Origin: Planctomycetota bacterium
Lineage (GTDB): Bacteria; Planctomycetota; B15-G4; JADJEK01
Length of the DNA: 64,000 nt
Direction: 5' to 3'
Assembly: GCA_044225365.1 (NCBI GenBank)
Contig: JBGAIQ010000019.1
Location: 32,001 to 96,000 of the forward strand
The position numbers were made by a program, and so were the translations under genes. A model generated the notes under the pieces. It worked only from the letters and a program-made list of their open reading frames with translations, searched no databases and was not told the origin of the DNA. This document shows, in pieces, positions 1 through 9,711 of this stretch (its first letter is position 1; each line of letters opens with the position of its first letter).

Positions 1-1608
1 GCGGGGATCATCGGCTGCACGACCGCGCATGAGGCGAGGCTCGATCCTCTCCTCTTTCCGGACCTCGGTGATTGGCGTCCTGCGGCGAGCACCTCGTCGG
101 ACGAAGCCCGCCGCTGGTTCGATCAGGGCAGCGTCTTCTACTGGGGCTTCAATCACAAGGAAGCGGAGCGATCGTTCGCCCGCGCTTTCGAACTCGACCC
201 CACGTTCGCGCTCGCCGCGGCCTTCGAGGCGCTCGCGGACGGGCCCAACATCAACAGCCCGGAGATGAGCGAACAGCAGAGCGAGTCGGCATTCGCAGCG
301 GCACGCCGCGCCCTCGGCGCGGCCACTGCGACGACCTCGCCGCGGGATCGCGCGATCATCGATGCGGTGCTCACTCGTTATTCGTCGCCGCCGCCGGCCG
401 ACCGCAGCGCGTTGAATCAGGCGTACGCCACGGCAATGCGCGCGGCCCATCATCGATTCCCGAAGGATGCCGAGATCGCGACTCTCTTCGCCGAGTCGAT
501 GCTGGATCTGCGTCCGTGGGACCAATGGACCCACGATGGCACTCCGCAGGAGGGGACGCTCGAATGCGTCGCGGCGCTCGACGTCGCGCTCGACCTCGAG
601 CCGAATCATCCCGGCGCGAATCACCTGTACATCCACGCCCTCGAGGGATCGACCCATCCCGAACGCGCGATGGTGGCTGCCGATCGTCTGCGCACGCTCG
701 TGCCGGGGATCGCGCATCTCGTGCACATGCCGGCGCACATCGACGTGCGCACCGGTCGCTATGCCGAAGCGATCGCCACGAACGAGCGCGCCGTCGAGGT
801 CGATCGAGCGTACAACGCCGTCCGACCGCGCACGGGGATCTACGCGATGTATCGCGCGCACAACCCGCACTTCATCGTGTTCGCGGCAATGTTCGCGGGC
901 AACAAGAAGGAAGCGTTGCGCGGCCTCGACATCCTGGACGAAGTCCTCGCGCCCGCGGTCGTCGCGTCGCTTCCCGACGTGCTCGACGGGTTCCTCGTGA
1001 CGCGCGATCACGTCTACGTCCGATTCGGGATGTGGAACGAGATCCTGGCGCTTCCCGATCCGCCCGCGTCGTCGCCGCTGCGCCAGGCAATGCGCCATTA
1101 CTCGCGAGGCGTCGCGCTCGCCGCGCTCTCACGCGTCGATGCCGCGCTCGTCGAACAGTCGGCCTACGCGGCAGCCGCGGCCAAGGTCGATTCGAAGACG
1201 ATGGTCGGCAACAACCCCGCCTCGCTCGTGCTCTCGATCGGAGCTGCGCAGTTGCGAGGCGAGATCGAATATCGTCGGGGCCGCTACGATGCCGCGTTCG
1301 AGCATCTGCGCGAAGCAACTCGTCTGTACGACTCCCTTCGCTACGACGAACCCTCGTCGTGGGTGATGCCGCCGCGCCACGCGCTCGGCGCGCTACTTCT
1401 CGAACAAGGCAAGGCGGAAGAGGCTCTCGTCGAGTATCGAGCCGACCTCGTCGCGAACCCCGAGAACGTGTGGTCGCTGCAAGGCCTCACAGAGTGCTTG
1501 ACGAAACTTGACCGGGGCGACGAAGCCGCCGCCGCGCGAGCCCGCTTCGACAAAGCCCGCGCCGGCGCCGATATCGAGATCGCCGTGTCGTGCTTCTGTC
1601 GACGATGA
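1..1608 (+). CDS. TPR-repeat-containing protein (5'-partial)
   Basis: Frame 1 is open from base 1 (..WFDQGSVFYWGFNHKEAERSF..GPNIN..) into ORF 265-1608. Contains HLYIH and HLVHMPAHI motifs, TPR-like helices and a C-terminal SCFCRR, typical of a widespread uncharacterised TPR family. Confidence 0.8.
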   Translation, partial: AGIIGCTTAHEARLDPLLFPDLGDWRPAASTSSDEARRWFDQGSVFYWGFNHKEAERSFARAFELDPTFALAAAFEALADGPNINSPEMSEQQSESAFAAARRALGAATATTSPRDRAIIDAVLTRYSSPPPADRSALNQAYATAMRAAHHRFPKDAEIATLFAESMLDLRPWDQWTHDGTPQEGTLECVAALDVALDLEPNHPGANHLYIHALEGSTHPERAMVAADRLRTLVPGIAHLVHMPAHIDVRTGRYAEAIATNERAVEVDRAYNAVRPRTGIYAMYRAHNPHFIVFAAMFAGNKKEALRGLDILDEVLAPAVVASLPDVLDGFLVTRDHVYVRFGMWNEILALPDPPASSPLRQAMRHYSRGVALAALSRVDAALVEQSAYAAAAAKVDSKTMVGNNPASLVLSIGAAQLRGEIEYRRGRYDAAFEHLREATRLYDSLRYDEPSSWVMPPRHALGALLLEQGKAEEALVEYRADLVANPENVWSLQGLTECLTKLDRGDEAAAARARFDKARAGADIEIAVSCFCRR

Positions 1609-1619
1609 AGATCAGGAAT

Positions 1620-1722
1620 GCCGGGCAGAGCCCGGCGGTCCTGCGGATCGGTCCTGCGGATCGGCCCTGCGGATCGGATGGCCGGGCAGAGCCCGGCATC
1701 GGACCGCCGGGCTCTGCCCGGC
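1620..1722. repeat. REP-like palindrome cluster: three copies of GCCGGGC(AGA/TCT)GCCCGGC plus three CCTGCGGATCGG units
   Basis: Palindrome copies at 1620-1636, 1681-1697 and 1706-1722. The first and third carry a GGACC tail in opposite orientations. Lies between convergent genes. Confidence 0.8.
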
Positions 1723-1762
1723 ATCTTGAATGGGCGGGCCTGCGGAGTTCGGCGCTAGGGCG

Positions 1763-2263
1763 TCAGGCGCTCGCGGCTCGCACGCCCTTCTTGTAGGTTT
1801 CGTAGACGAAGACGTCGATGCCGAGGGGACCGAGCACCTTCTCGATCACGGGCTTGACGTCGTTCCAATCGAGTCCACCGACGCCCGTCGCGAGCCGGGG
1901 GAGCGCGAGGCTCTTGATCCCTTCATCGCGAACGAGACGCGCCAGGGCGTGCAGTGCGTGATTCACGTACTCGAGGTGAGCTTTGCCAGGATGCTCCCCC
2001 GAATGCGTCGGCGCAGGTTCCTGAGTCAGGAGGTTGATCACACGGATCGAGTGACCGGCGGGCCCGACGCCGGCCCAGCAGAAGAGGTCGCCCGGGATTG
2101 GGTGATGAGCGTGGCAGTAGTGTCGGAAGTCCTTCACCATCGACGGGAACTGCTCGCGAATCGCGAGGCCGAGTCCGGTCTTGAAGTCGTCGTTGGGCGC
2201 GACGCCGTGCGCAATGGCTTCGGCCGTCGTCAGCGTGATGTCGCCCGTCAGATATCGAATCAT
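1763..2263 (-). CDS. Macro domain (ADP-ribose-processing) protein
   Basis: MIRYLTGDIT..AIAHGVAPND..GLGLAIREQFP..SLALPRLATGVGGLDW matches the Poa1p/Appr-1-p-like macrodomain pattern. Confidence 0.85.
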   Translation of the reverse strand: MIRYLTGDITLTTAEAIAHGVAPNDDFKTGLGLAIREQFPSMVKDFRHYCHAHHPIPGDLFCWAGVGPAGHSIRVINLLTQEPAPTHSGEHPGKAHLEYVNHALHALARLVRDEGIKSLALPRLATGVGGLDWNDVKPVIEKVLGPLGIDVFVYETYKKGVRAASA

Positions 2264-2429
2264 CGGAGTGTCCTCGTCGCCAAGGGAAGCGTTGTTCTTC
2301 AACGATGGCGAGAGTGCATCGAGCGTGCCGAGCGGGGAAACGTCACGCGAACACGGGCGTGTAGGGCTCGCGGCGCATCGAACTGAACACGGGCGGGTAT
2401 ACCTTCCCGCATGCCGCGTGACTGGGGAT

Positions 2430-3077
2430 CTACGCGCGCCGGAACATTCGCACCACGCCGACGACGCGACCTTGGATGTCGACTTTCGACACGTAGAGCG
2501 GACCGAGCCGAGAATTCGCGGGCTGAAGGCGAATGCGTTTCTTCCCGACCTCGCGGTAGACGCGCTTCAGGGTTGCCGTCCCATCGTCGAGGAGTGCAAC
2601 CGCGATCTCGCCATCGTCGACGTGCGACTGCCGGCGTACGACGATCACGTCGCCATCGAGGATGTGATCGTCGATCATCGAATCGCCGCGCACTCGAAGC
2701 GCGAAGGTATCGCTGTCGACGCTCTCCGCGGGCAGCATCACGGAGTCCTGATCGCCGTCCGGCGCCGTGCTGAGATCGAGCGCTTCGATAGGTGACCCCG
2801 CCGCGATCGTTCCCCGAATGACGACGCGCTTCGCGCGCGTCACCTTCTCCAGCGAGTCGCTCTCGTCCACAGCGCAGGCGCGCCAGCCGTGGGCAGTGCC
2901 GTCGCTCTGCATCAGGTTCTTCTTCTCGAGCGCGCGCAGCATCTGGTGGATCGTCGACGGCGCGCGTCCGAGCGCGCGACAGAGTTCGCGCACGCTGGGG
3001 GTGCGGCCTTGCTTCTCGGCGAAAGCGCGCCAAGCGTCGAGGAGATCCTGCTGGGGCCTTGAAATGGGCAACGTCAT
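2430..3077 (-). CDS. lexA: SOS transcriptional repressor LexA
   Basis: N-terminal wHTH (TPSVRELC..STIHQML..LEKK), Ala-Gly cleavage site (IAAGSP), catalytic Ser (LRVRGDSM) and Lys (ATLKR). Start moved to MTLPISRP. Confidence 0.93.
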   Translation of the reverse strand: MTLPISRPQQDLLDAWRAFAEKQGRTPSVRELCRALGRAPSTIHQMLRALEKKNLMQSDGTAHGWRACAVDESDSLEKVTRAKRVVIRGTIAAGSPIEALDLSTAPDGDQDSVMLPAESVDSDTFALRVRGDSMIDDHILDGDVIVVRRQSHVDDGEIAVALLDDGTATLKRVYREVGKKRIRLQPANSRLGPLYVSKVDIQGRVVGVVRMFRRA

Positions 3078-3085
3078 CGCCGCCG

Positions 3086-3112
3086 AGGTTAGCGACCGAA
3101 CGAAATCCGAAC
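3086..3112 (-). promoter_or_regulatory. Candidate lexA promoter and operator: -10 TAACCT plus GTTC-N7-GTTC direct repeat
   Basis: Minus strand reads GTTC GGATTTC GTTC GGTCGC TAACCT CGGCGGCG ATG. Confidence 0.55.
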
Positions 3113-3216
3113 AAGCGGGAAGGGCGACTCGACGCCCATTCTCGCGGCATGCTCCTTGCACACCTTCTTCGGTGAATTCGAAGCGAAGCCGAAACCGTGA
3201 CGATAGGAGTCGACCG

Positions 3217-3777
3217 ATGATCCGCACCGCCGAGCAATTGATGCAGAAGAACGTGATCGCGATCTCGCCAACGGCGACGCTGCGGGAACTCGCCGAACTC
3301 CTCGACGACGAAGGCGTCCACGGCGTGCCGGTCGTCGACGCCGTCGGCAATCCCGTCGGCGTGGTGTCGCGATCCGACCTCGTTCACGCGATGAACGAGA
3401 GCGAGCCCCGGCAGCGTCCGGTCGAGCGCTACTACGGCGTGCACGAAGAGGACATCGACTGGAGCGACGACGATTCGGGCGTTCGGTTCCAGGACACCGT
3501 CGAGGCGGAGAAGCAGGTCGCCGAGATCATGTCGGCAAGGATCCTCTCGACGAACCTGCGGGCGACCGCGGGGGAGTTGTCGCGCACGATGTTGAAGTTC
3601 GGCGTCCGTCGGCTCCTCGTGCTCGAGGGGCGGCGGCTCGTCGGCATCGTGTCCGCCACCGATCTGTTGCGCTGCCTCTCGCAGTACGAGAAGGCACTCG
3701 CCCCGGTCGTGCGAGCGCCGCGACGCGCGGCGAAGGTCCGCACTCGGGCCCCGGCGAAGAAAGCGGCGAAGCGCTGA
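3217..3777 (+). CDS. CBS domain pair protein
   Basis: MIRTAEQLMQKNVIAI..GVPVVD..VGVVSRSDL and ..RRLLVLEGRRLVGIVSATDLL; AGGAG RBS upstream. Confidence 0.88.
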   Translation: MIRTAEQLMQKNVIAISPTATLRELAELLDDEGVHGVPVVDAVGNPVGVVSRSDLVHAMNESEPRQRPVERYYGVHEEDIDWSDDDSGVRFQDTVEAEKQVAEIMSARILSTNLRATAGELSRTMLKFGVRRLLVLEGRRLVGIVSATDLLRCLSQYEKALAPVVRAPRRAAKVRTRAPAKKAAKR

Positions 3778-3816
3778 TCGGGCGAGGCGCGCCGGCAAAA
3801 TGCCTACACTGCGGGG

Positions 3817-5448
3817 GTGAGCGAACCTTCGCGCAAGGACCGGCGAATCCGTCGCGGTGCGACGTGGACCCTCGCGTTCGCGATCGTCGCGGCCGCGTGC
3901 GGTGCGTGGCTCCATCGTGATTTCGGAACGACGTGGGACGATCCGTTCCACGCGCGGGTCGGCGCGCTCGCGCTGCGGTACTTCCGCGAGGGGTTCGCGC
4001 TGGAGGTGATTGCGACGATCGAGTCGTTCGGGACCGCGCGCATCTACGGCCCATTGCACGATCTCGTCCCTGCGGTGATCCGCGAATTCACCGGACACGG
4101 CGATGCCGTCGATCCCTCGCTCTTCGAGTTGCGCCACGCCTGGAATTTCGCCTTCGCGTTGCTCCTCGTCCCGGCGATCGCCCTGGTAACGCGACGCGTC
4201 GCGTCTCCCGCGCTGCCCGTCTTCGCGTGCATCGCACTCTTCGCGCAGCCGCGATTCTTCGGCGACGCGTTCCTCAACTCGATCGACACGTCGTTCGCGG
4301 TCGCGATGGCGTGGCTGCACGTCGCGCTGCTTCGTTCGTTGCGGATGGGCGCTCCGCGGCGAGTCGATTTCGCCCTGCTCGGCGGCGCGCTCGGATTCGT
4401 ACTGATCGAGCGACCGGGCGCGCTCCCCCTCGGGCTCGTTCTCGTCATCTTGACCTTTGCGCTGCGGGATCTGTTGCGGCGCAAGCAGGCGGGAGAGGGA
4501 GAGACGGGTTTCCTCTTCGGGGTCTGCGTCGCATTCGCGATCGCCTGGGTGCTGATGATCCTGCCCTGGCCCTCGGCACACTTCGAACCGCTGATGAAGC
4601 CGTTCGAGGCGATGAGCGCGTCGGTGCGCTTCGTCGAGTCGTATCCCGTCCTCCACGACGGGGCCTACGTCTCGAGCTCCGAGCTGCCGCGCTCGCACGT
4701 TCCCTGGATGTTCCTGATCACCACTCCGTTGCCGACGCTCGCGCTCTGGGCGATCGGCCTCTTCGTCACCGCGGGGCGAATCATGAGGGCACCGCGCGGC
4801 CGTTCGCGGCATGCTCTGTTCGTCGCGCTCCTGTGGCTCGGTGTGCCGTTCGTCGGGATCGTCGTCGCGCGACCGAACGTGTACGACGGGATTCGTCACT
4901 TCCTCTTCGTCCTTCCCGCGGTCGCGATCTTCGCCGGTCTCGGCGCCGTTCGGGTGGCAAGCCTCGCGAGCCGATTCCTCGGCCGAATCGGAGGTCATGC
5001 CTGCGCGCTCGTCCTGCTGCTCCTTCCCGTGATCGATTGCGTGCGCTTGCATCCCTACGAGTACGTCTTCTTCAACTCGCTCGTCGGCGGCGTCGAGGGC
5101 GCGAGCGGTCGGTACGACACCGAGTACTTCGCAACGTCGTATCGCGAGGGCATGGCGCTCGTGAATGAACGGGCGCGGCGCGAGCCTGCGCGCACCTTCC
5201 GGGTCGCGGTCGGCGGATCGGAATTGATGTTGCCCGGCGTGATCGCGGCCGCGGCGAGGAACGTGGAAGTCGTCCTGGTGCGCCCCGATCGACCGAATCC
5301 TTCGGCCCTGCCGAACGACATCGACTTCTATCTCGGTCTCGCGCGCTACCGCCTCGAACAGCGTCCGTTCGAGGATTCGCCGGTGATCGCGACGATCGGG
5401 CGCGATGGAGCCATCTTCGCGGTGCTGCGCGGCCACGAACAACGCTGA
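3817..5448 (+). CDS. GT-C fold membrane glycosyltransferase (GT39/PMT_2-like)
   Basis: TWDDP motif after the first TM helix, many TM helices, YDGIRHFLF and HPYEYVFFN..DTEYFATSY motifs. Confidence 0.7.
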   Translation: MSEPSRKDRRIRRGATWTLAFAIVAAACGAWLHRDFGTTWDDPFHARVGALALRYFREGFALEVIATIESFGTARIYGPLHDLVPAVIREFTGHGDAVDPSLFELRHAWNFAFALLLVPAIALVTRRVASPALPVFACIALFAQPRFFGDAFLNSIDTSFAVAMAWLHVALLRSLRMGAPRRVDFALLGGALGFVLIERPGALPLGLVLVILTFALRDLLRRKQAGEGETGFLFGVCVAFAIAWVLMILPWPSAHFEPLMKPFEAMSASVRFVESYPVLHDGAYVSSSELPRSHVPWMFLITTPLPTLALWAIGLFVTAGRIMRAPRGRSRHALFVALLWLGVPFVGIVVARPNVYDGIRHFLFVLPAVAIFAGLGAVRVASLASRFLGRIGGHACALVLLLLPVIDCVRLHPYEYVFFNSLVGGVEGASGRYDTEYFATSYREGMALVNERARREPARTFRVAVGGSELMLPGVIAAAARNVEVVLVRPDRPNPSALPNDIDFYLGLARYRLEQRPFEDSPVIATIGRDGAIFAVLRGHEQR

Positions 5449-5513
5449 TCCGTCCGTCCTCGGTTTGGTACAACTTCGAGGTAGCCGCATCACGACAACG
5501 GACGGAGACGACG

Positions 5514-7589
5514 ATGACGACGACGATCACGAGAGACCGGCTGCGACGAAAGGCGTCCCCGGCTCTGCTGTTCCTCTTCACTCTTGCGAGCGCCGCGACG
5601 GCCGAGGATCGCCATCCACTCACGATCCACGACATGCTCGCGATGCAGCGCGTGGGGGACGTCGCCGTGTCGGCGGGCGGCACCAAACTCGCGTTCACCG
5701 TGCGCACGACGGACGTCGCCGCGAACACGGGTCGCTACGACGTGTGGCTCGTCGATGCGAAGGAGGGCGGTCCGCGTCGCCTCACGTCGAACGTCGCGAA
5801 CGACACGTCCCCGCGTTTCTCGCGCGACGATCTCTCGATCTACTTCCTCTCGTCCCGCAGCGGGTCCTCGCAGATCTGGTCGCTGTCCCTCATGGGCGGC
5901 GAGCCGACGCAGATCACGGACCTGCCGCTCGACATCGACAACTTCCTCGTCTTCCCCGATGGCCGTCGATTCCTCGTCTCCATGGAGGTGTATCCCGACG
6001 CCAAGGACCTCGCCGAGACCGCGGCGCGCGATGAAGCGAAGGCGAAGTCCAAGATGAAGGCGAAGGTCTACGACTCGCTCCTGTTCCGCCATTGGGATCA
6101 GTGGGAGGACGGCAAGCGCAGCCATTGGTTCACGCTCGACGCCGTGACGGGGAAAGCGACCGACCTGATGGCGGGCATGCCTTGCGACGCTCCGAACAAA
6201 CCGTTCGGCGGTGCGGAAGAAGCGACGATCCGGAACGACGGCAAGACGGTCGTGTTCGCGACGACGAACATGGGTCGCGAGGCGGCGTGGTCGACGAACG
6301 TCGATCTCTACAGCGTTCCTTCCGACGGATCCGCGGCGCCGACCTGCCTCACCACCGACAACCCGGCGACCGACAATCTCCCGCAATTCTCACCCGACGG
6401 ACGTTTCCTCGCGTACGTCGCGATGAAGCGGCCCATGTACGAATCGGATCGTCAGGGGCTCATGATCCGCGAGGTCGAGAGCGGAAAGGTCCGTGAGATC
6501 GCGCCCAACTGGGATCGTTCCGCGAGCGGCTTCACGTGGAGCCGCGACGGAAAGACGCTCTACGCGACCGCCGATCACATCGGCAACACCGGCCTGTTCG
6601 CCGTCGACGTCGGAAGCGGCACGGTGAAGCCGCTCATCGAGAAGGGCGCCGCGGGCGGCCCGGTCGCGATCGAGGGCGGAGTTGCGTTCCTCTGGAACGA
6701 CATGAAGCACCCCGATGAGATCCACACGCTCGACGCCGCGGGGAATCGAAAGGTCCTGACCGCGATCAACGCACCGCTGCTCGAGAAGATCGCCTTTGGC
6801 GACTACGAGCAGTACTCGTTCAAGGGCGCGCACGACGACACGGTCTACGGCTACGTGATGAAGCCGTGGAACTACGAGAGCGGCAAGAAGTACCCCGTCG
6901 CGTTCTTGATCCACGGCGGCCCGCAGGGCTCGTTCTCGGATCACTTCCACTATCGTTGGAACGCCGAAGCGTTCGCGGGCCGCGGACTCGGCGTCGTGTT
7001 CGTCGACTTCCATGGGTCGACGGGATACGGCCAGGCCTTCTGCGACTCGATCCGCGGCGATTGGGGCGGCGCACCGTACGAGGACTTGATGAAGGGCCTC
7101 GACGCCGCGCTCGCGAAGTACTCGTTCCTCGATGGCTCGCGCGTCGCGGCGGCGGGCGCGAGCTACGGCGGTTACATGATCAACTGGATCGCGGGCCAGA
7201 CGGATCGCTTCAAGTGCCTCGTCTGCCACGACGGCAATCTCGACAACCGAATGGCCTACCTCGACACCGAGGAACTCTGGTTCGACGAATGGGAGCACCA
7301 CGGCACGCCGTGGGAGAATCCCGACGCGTTCAGCAAGCACAACCCGATCGACTTCATCAAGAACTGGAAGACTCCGACGCTCGTCCTGCACGGCGGCAAC
7401 GACTTCCGCGTCGTCGATACGCACGGCATGGCGACGTTCACGGCGCTGCAGCGCAAAGGGATTCCGTCGAAGTTCGTGTTCTTCCCGGACGAGAATCACT
7501 GGGTGCTGAAGCCGCAGAATTCGATCCTCTGGCACGACAGCGTGCTCGACTGGATCGATCAGTGGACCAAGTCGCCGCCCGCCAAGTGA
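5514..7589 (+). CDS. S9 family (prolyl oligopeptidase/acylaminoacyl) peptidase, secreted
   Basis: Signal peptide, PD40/TolB-like propeller, IHGGPQ, GASYGG nucleophile, DFRV Asp and ENHW His. Confidence 0.92.
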   Translation: MTTTITRDRLRRKASPALLFLFTLASAATAEDRHPLTIHDMLAMQRVGDVAVSAGGTKLAFTVRTTDVAANTGRYDVWLVDAKEGGPRRLTSNVANDTSPRFSRDDLSIYFLSSRSGSSQIWSLSLMGGEPTQITDLPLDIDNFLVFPDGRRFLVSMEVYPDAKDLAETAARDEAKAKSKMKAKVYDSLLFRHWDQWEDGKRSHWFTLDAVTGKATDLMAGMPCDAPNKPFGGAEEATIRNDGKTVVFATTNMGREAAWSTNVDLYSVPSDGSAAPTCLTTDNPATDNLPQFSPDGRFLAYVAMKRPMYESDRQGLMIREVESGKVREIAPNWDRSASGFTWSRDGKTLYATADHIGNTGLFAVDVGSGTVKPLIEKGAAGGPVAIEGGVAFLWNDMKHPDEIHTLDAAGNRKVLTAINAPLLEKIAFGDYEQYSFKGAHDDTVYGYVMKPWNYESGKKYPVAFLIHGGPQGSFSDHFHYRWNAEAFAGRGLGVVFVDFHGSTGYGQAFCDSIRGDWGGAPYEDLMKGLDAALAKYSFLDGSRVAAAGASYGGYMINWIAGQTDRFKCLVCHDGNLDNRMAYLDTEELWFDEWEHHGTPWENPDAFSKHNPIDFIKNWKTPTLVLHGGNDFRVVDTHGMATFTALQRKGIPSKFVFFPDENHWVLKPQNSILWHDSVLDWIDQWTKSPPAK

Positions 7590-8254
7590 CGGCGGATCCA
7601 GAAGCGCTTCAGTGTGCGGGGGCTGTCCTTCGGGAGTTCGCCGCGTCCATGCACGATCCGCGTGTTGTCGACGTAGAGGCTCTGGCCCGGCTCGAGTCGC
7701 ACGTCGATCCGCGGCGAGGATTCGATCGCGTCGGAGAATCTCCGAAAGGTCTCGCGAACCGCCGGGTCTTCGATCGGAGCGACGTTCCAAGCGGCGTAGT
7801 AGACCCGCGGCCCTCCGCTGTCACGCGAGAGCAGCGGGACGAGCGTCGCGTCGAGGCGGCCGTCGACGTCCGGGCAACGCATCGTGATCTGGCCGAGACG
7901 ATCGCGATCGTCGTCGCTCAGTGAGTCGAGGATCGGCCTGCTGTCGACGAGGCGCGTCGCGCCCCCGATCTCCGCCGCGCGGACGCAATACCACGCGATC
8001 CGATCGACGTAGTGCTGATCCGTATGCAGTCCGAGTTCGCGCGGCGAATGCGCGCCGCGCGGACTGTTGCCGAGCTTGATGTCCTCGATTCGCAGGACGC
8101 TACCCAGGCATCTCCCGAGGTGGTAGAACGACCCGACGCGAATCGGTTGCTCGAGCACGTGGAAGCCGCGAGATTCCAGATCCCGCTCGATCATGGCGAC
8201 CGCTGCGGCGCCATCGAACGGGACTTCGCGAGGAGTGTCGGTCGATGCGGACAT
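7559..8254 (-). CDS. TauD/TfdA-family Fe(II)/2-oxoglutarate dioxygenase
   Basis: LHTD (HxD) motif, WYCVRAA..GGATRLVD, and DNTRIVHGR..R distal His/Arg motif. Confidence 0.82.
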   Translation of the reverse strand: MSASTDTPREVPFDGAAAVAMIERDLESRGFHVLEQPIRVGSFYHLGRCLGSVLRIEDIKLGNSPRGAHSPRELGLHTDQHYVDRIAWYCVRAAEIGGATRLVDSRPILDSLSDDDRDRLGQITMRCPDVDGRLDATLVPLLSRDSGGPRVYYAAWNVAPIEDPAVRETFRRFSDAIESSPRIDVRLEPGQSLYVDNTRIVHGRGELPKDSPRTLKRFWIRRHLAGGDLVH

Positions 8255-8345
8255 CACGATGTCGTATCCTCTCGGAATCTTCTCGCTTTCGTCGGCGACT
8301 CGGAGCGGCATTCGACATGACCAACGAACGGGGCAGCGAGCGCAA

Positions 8346-8852
8346 ATGAGCTACTCCACTCCATACCACGAACACGGCGTTCCCATCGACTCCGAGTTCT
8401 GTCGCGGCTCGAACACGGCGCGCAAGGCGCGACACGTTCTCGAGGATTCGCGCAGATTGCTGGGTTGCGACGAGGCCGCTCTCTGGGTGTTCAGCAAGGA
8501 CAACCAGAATCTCGTCGCCGCGCTGAATCACGGCAAGCACGAGAAGAGCGTCGAGGGACTCGAGGTCCAGATCCGCGGTTCGCTCGTCGGGCTCGTCGCA
8601 ATGACGGGCGAGGGCATCTGCGTAGGGCCCGATGCGAACTACAACCCGGAGGTCGCCCGCGCCCTCGACGTCAAGACGTACGCGATGGTCGCCGCCGCCG
8701 TCGTGGTCGACGACGAGATCTGTGGCGTGATCTCCGCGGTCAACCTGTACGGGACGACGGAGTCGATCTTCACCGTCGAGCACCTGCGTGCGGTGCAATG
8801 GGCGGCGTACGTCATGGGTCTCGTGCTCTCGGATTGCAAGAAGCGTGATTGA
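8346..8852 (+). CDS. Stand-alone GAF domain protein
   Basis: ..AALWVFS..GSLVGLVAMTGEGI..MVAAAVVVDDEICGVISAVN..FTVEHL is a GAF-type pattern. Confidence 0.75.
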   Translation: MSYSTPYHEHGVPIDSEFCRGSNTARKARHVLEDSRRLLGCDEAALWVFSKDNQNLVAALNHGKHEKSVEGLEVQIRGSLVGLVAMTGEGICVGPDANYNPEVARALDVKTYAMVAAAVVVDDEICGVISAVNLYGTTESIFTVEHLRAVQWAAYVMGLVLSDCKKRD

Positions 8853-9636
8853 CGCGCCGCTCACCGACGACGAATTGACCGCCGCGACCGGCGAGGGAAT
8901 TCGGGTGCTCGTGATGGACTCCGGAATCGAGTCCGATCACCCGACGCTCGTCGGCCGCGAGATCCCGAACTTCGAGGTCCTGCCGTTCCCGATCGGCGCC
9001 GACGTCACGTATCGAGTCCAATCGGCGCCCGGCGGCGATGCGTTCGGGCACGGAACCGCCGTCGCTTCCCTGCTCGTCGCGCATGCGCCAGGCGTGAAGA
9101 TCGAGAGCTTGCGGATGCTCGACGCCGATCGTCAGGGCAGTTCCGAGCGCGTCCTCGCCGGGCTGCGCTGGGCGATCGAGCGGCGCTTCGACATCGTGAA
9201 CTGCAGCTTCGGCACCTTCGGTCCGTCGACGACCAAGTTCCTCGCCTCCTACAAACGAGTCGTCGACATCGCATTCTGTGAGAACGTGCTGCTCATCGGC
9301 GCGTGCTCGAACTCGGACCATCGACTGACGTCGCTCCCGGCCTCGTTCCCGACCGTGCTCTCGACCGATGCCGGACGGATCGAGGATTCGCCGCTGCCGA
9401 AGGTGAAGCGACGCAAGGGACAACTCGTCGAGTTCGTGACGCGCGGCGTCGACGTCTCGGTGTCCTGGAAGGATGGCAGTTCGCGCCTCGTAACGGGTAG
9501 CAGCTTCGCTGCCCCGCACCTCGCGGCGCTCGTCGCCCGCATCCGACAATTGCGACCGCATTGGAATGCTTGCGAGATGAAGGCGGAGTTGTACCGTCGA
9601 TCCGAGCCCGTCACGGCCGCGGACGACGCCGACTGA
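8845..9636 (+). CDS. S8 (subtilisin-like) serine peptidase, no signal peptide or prodomain
   Basis: Triad motifs VMDSGI, GHGTAVAS and TGSSFAAPH. GTG start overlaps the end of the GAF gene. Confidence 0.88.
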   Translation: MIDAPLTDDELTAATGEGIRVLVMDSGIESDHPTLVGREIPNFEVLPFPIGADVTYRVQSAPGGDAFGHGTAVASLLVAHAPGVKIESLRMLDADRQGSSERVLAGLRWAIERRFDIVNCSFGTFGPSTTKFLASYKRVVDIAFCENVLLIGACSNSDHRLTSLPASFPTVLSTDAGRIEDSPLPKVKRRKGQLVEFVTRGVDVSVSWKDGSSRLVTGSSFAAPHLAALVARIRQLRPHWNACEMKAELYRRSEPVTAADDAD

Positions 9637-9711
9637 GGTCGCTGCGCGTGATGATCGAATTCGTTTCGATCGCGATTCAGGACCGATGGGGCGGGCAGGA
9701 GCGACCTCGAA

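Noticed and set aside
2299-5493. Long antisense and alternative-frame ORFs (e.g. 2299-5493, 13477-16353, 30637-33096)
   Set aside because: They are Arg-rich shadow ORFs expected at high GC, overlapping well-supported genes.
5514-7589. S9 peptidase as the RiPP maturation protease
   Set aside because: It is a common secreted S9 type, separated from the operon by the oppositely oriented TauD gene. It cannot be excluded, but nothing in the sequence ties it to the cluster.
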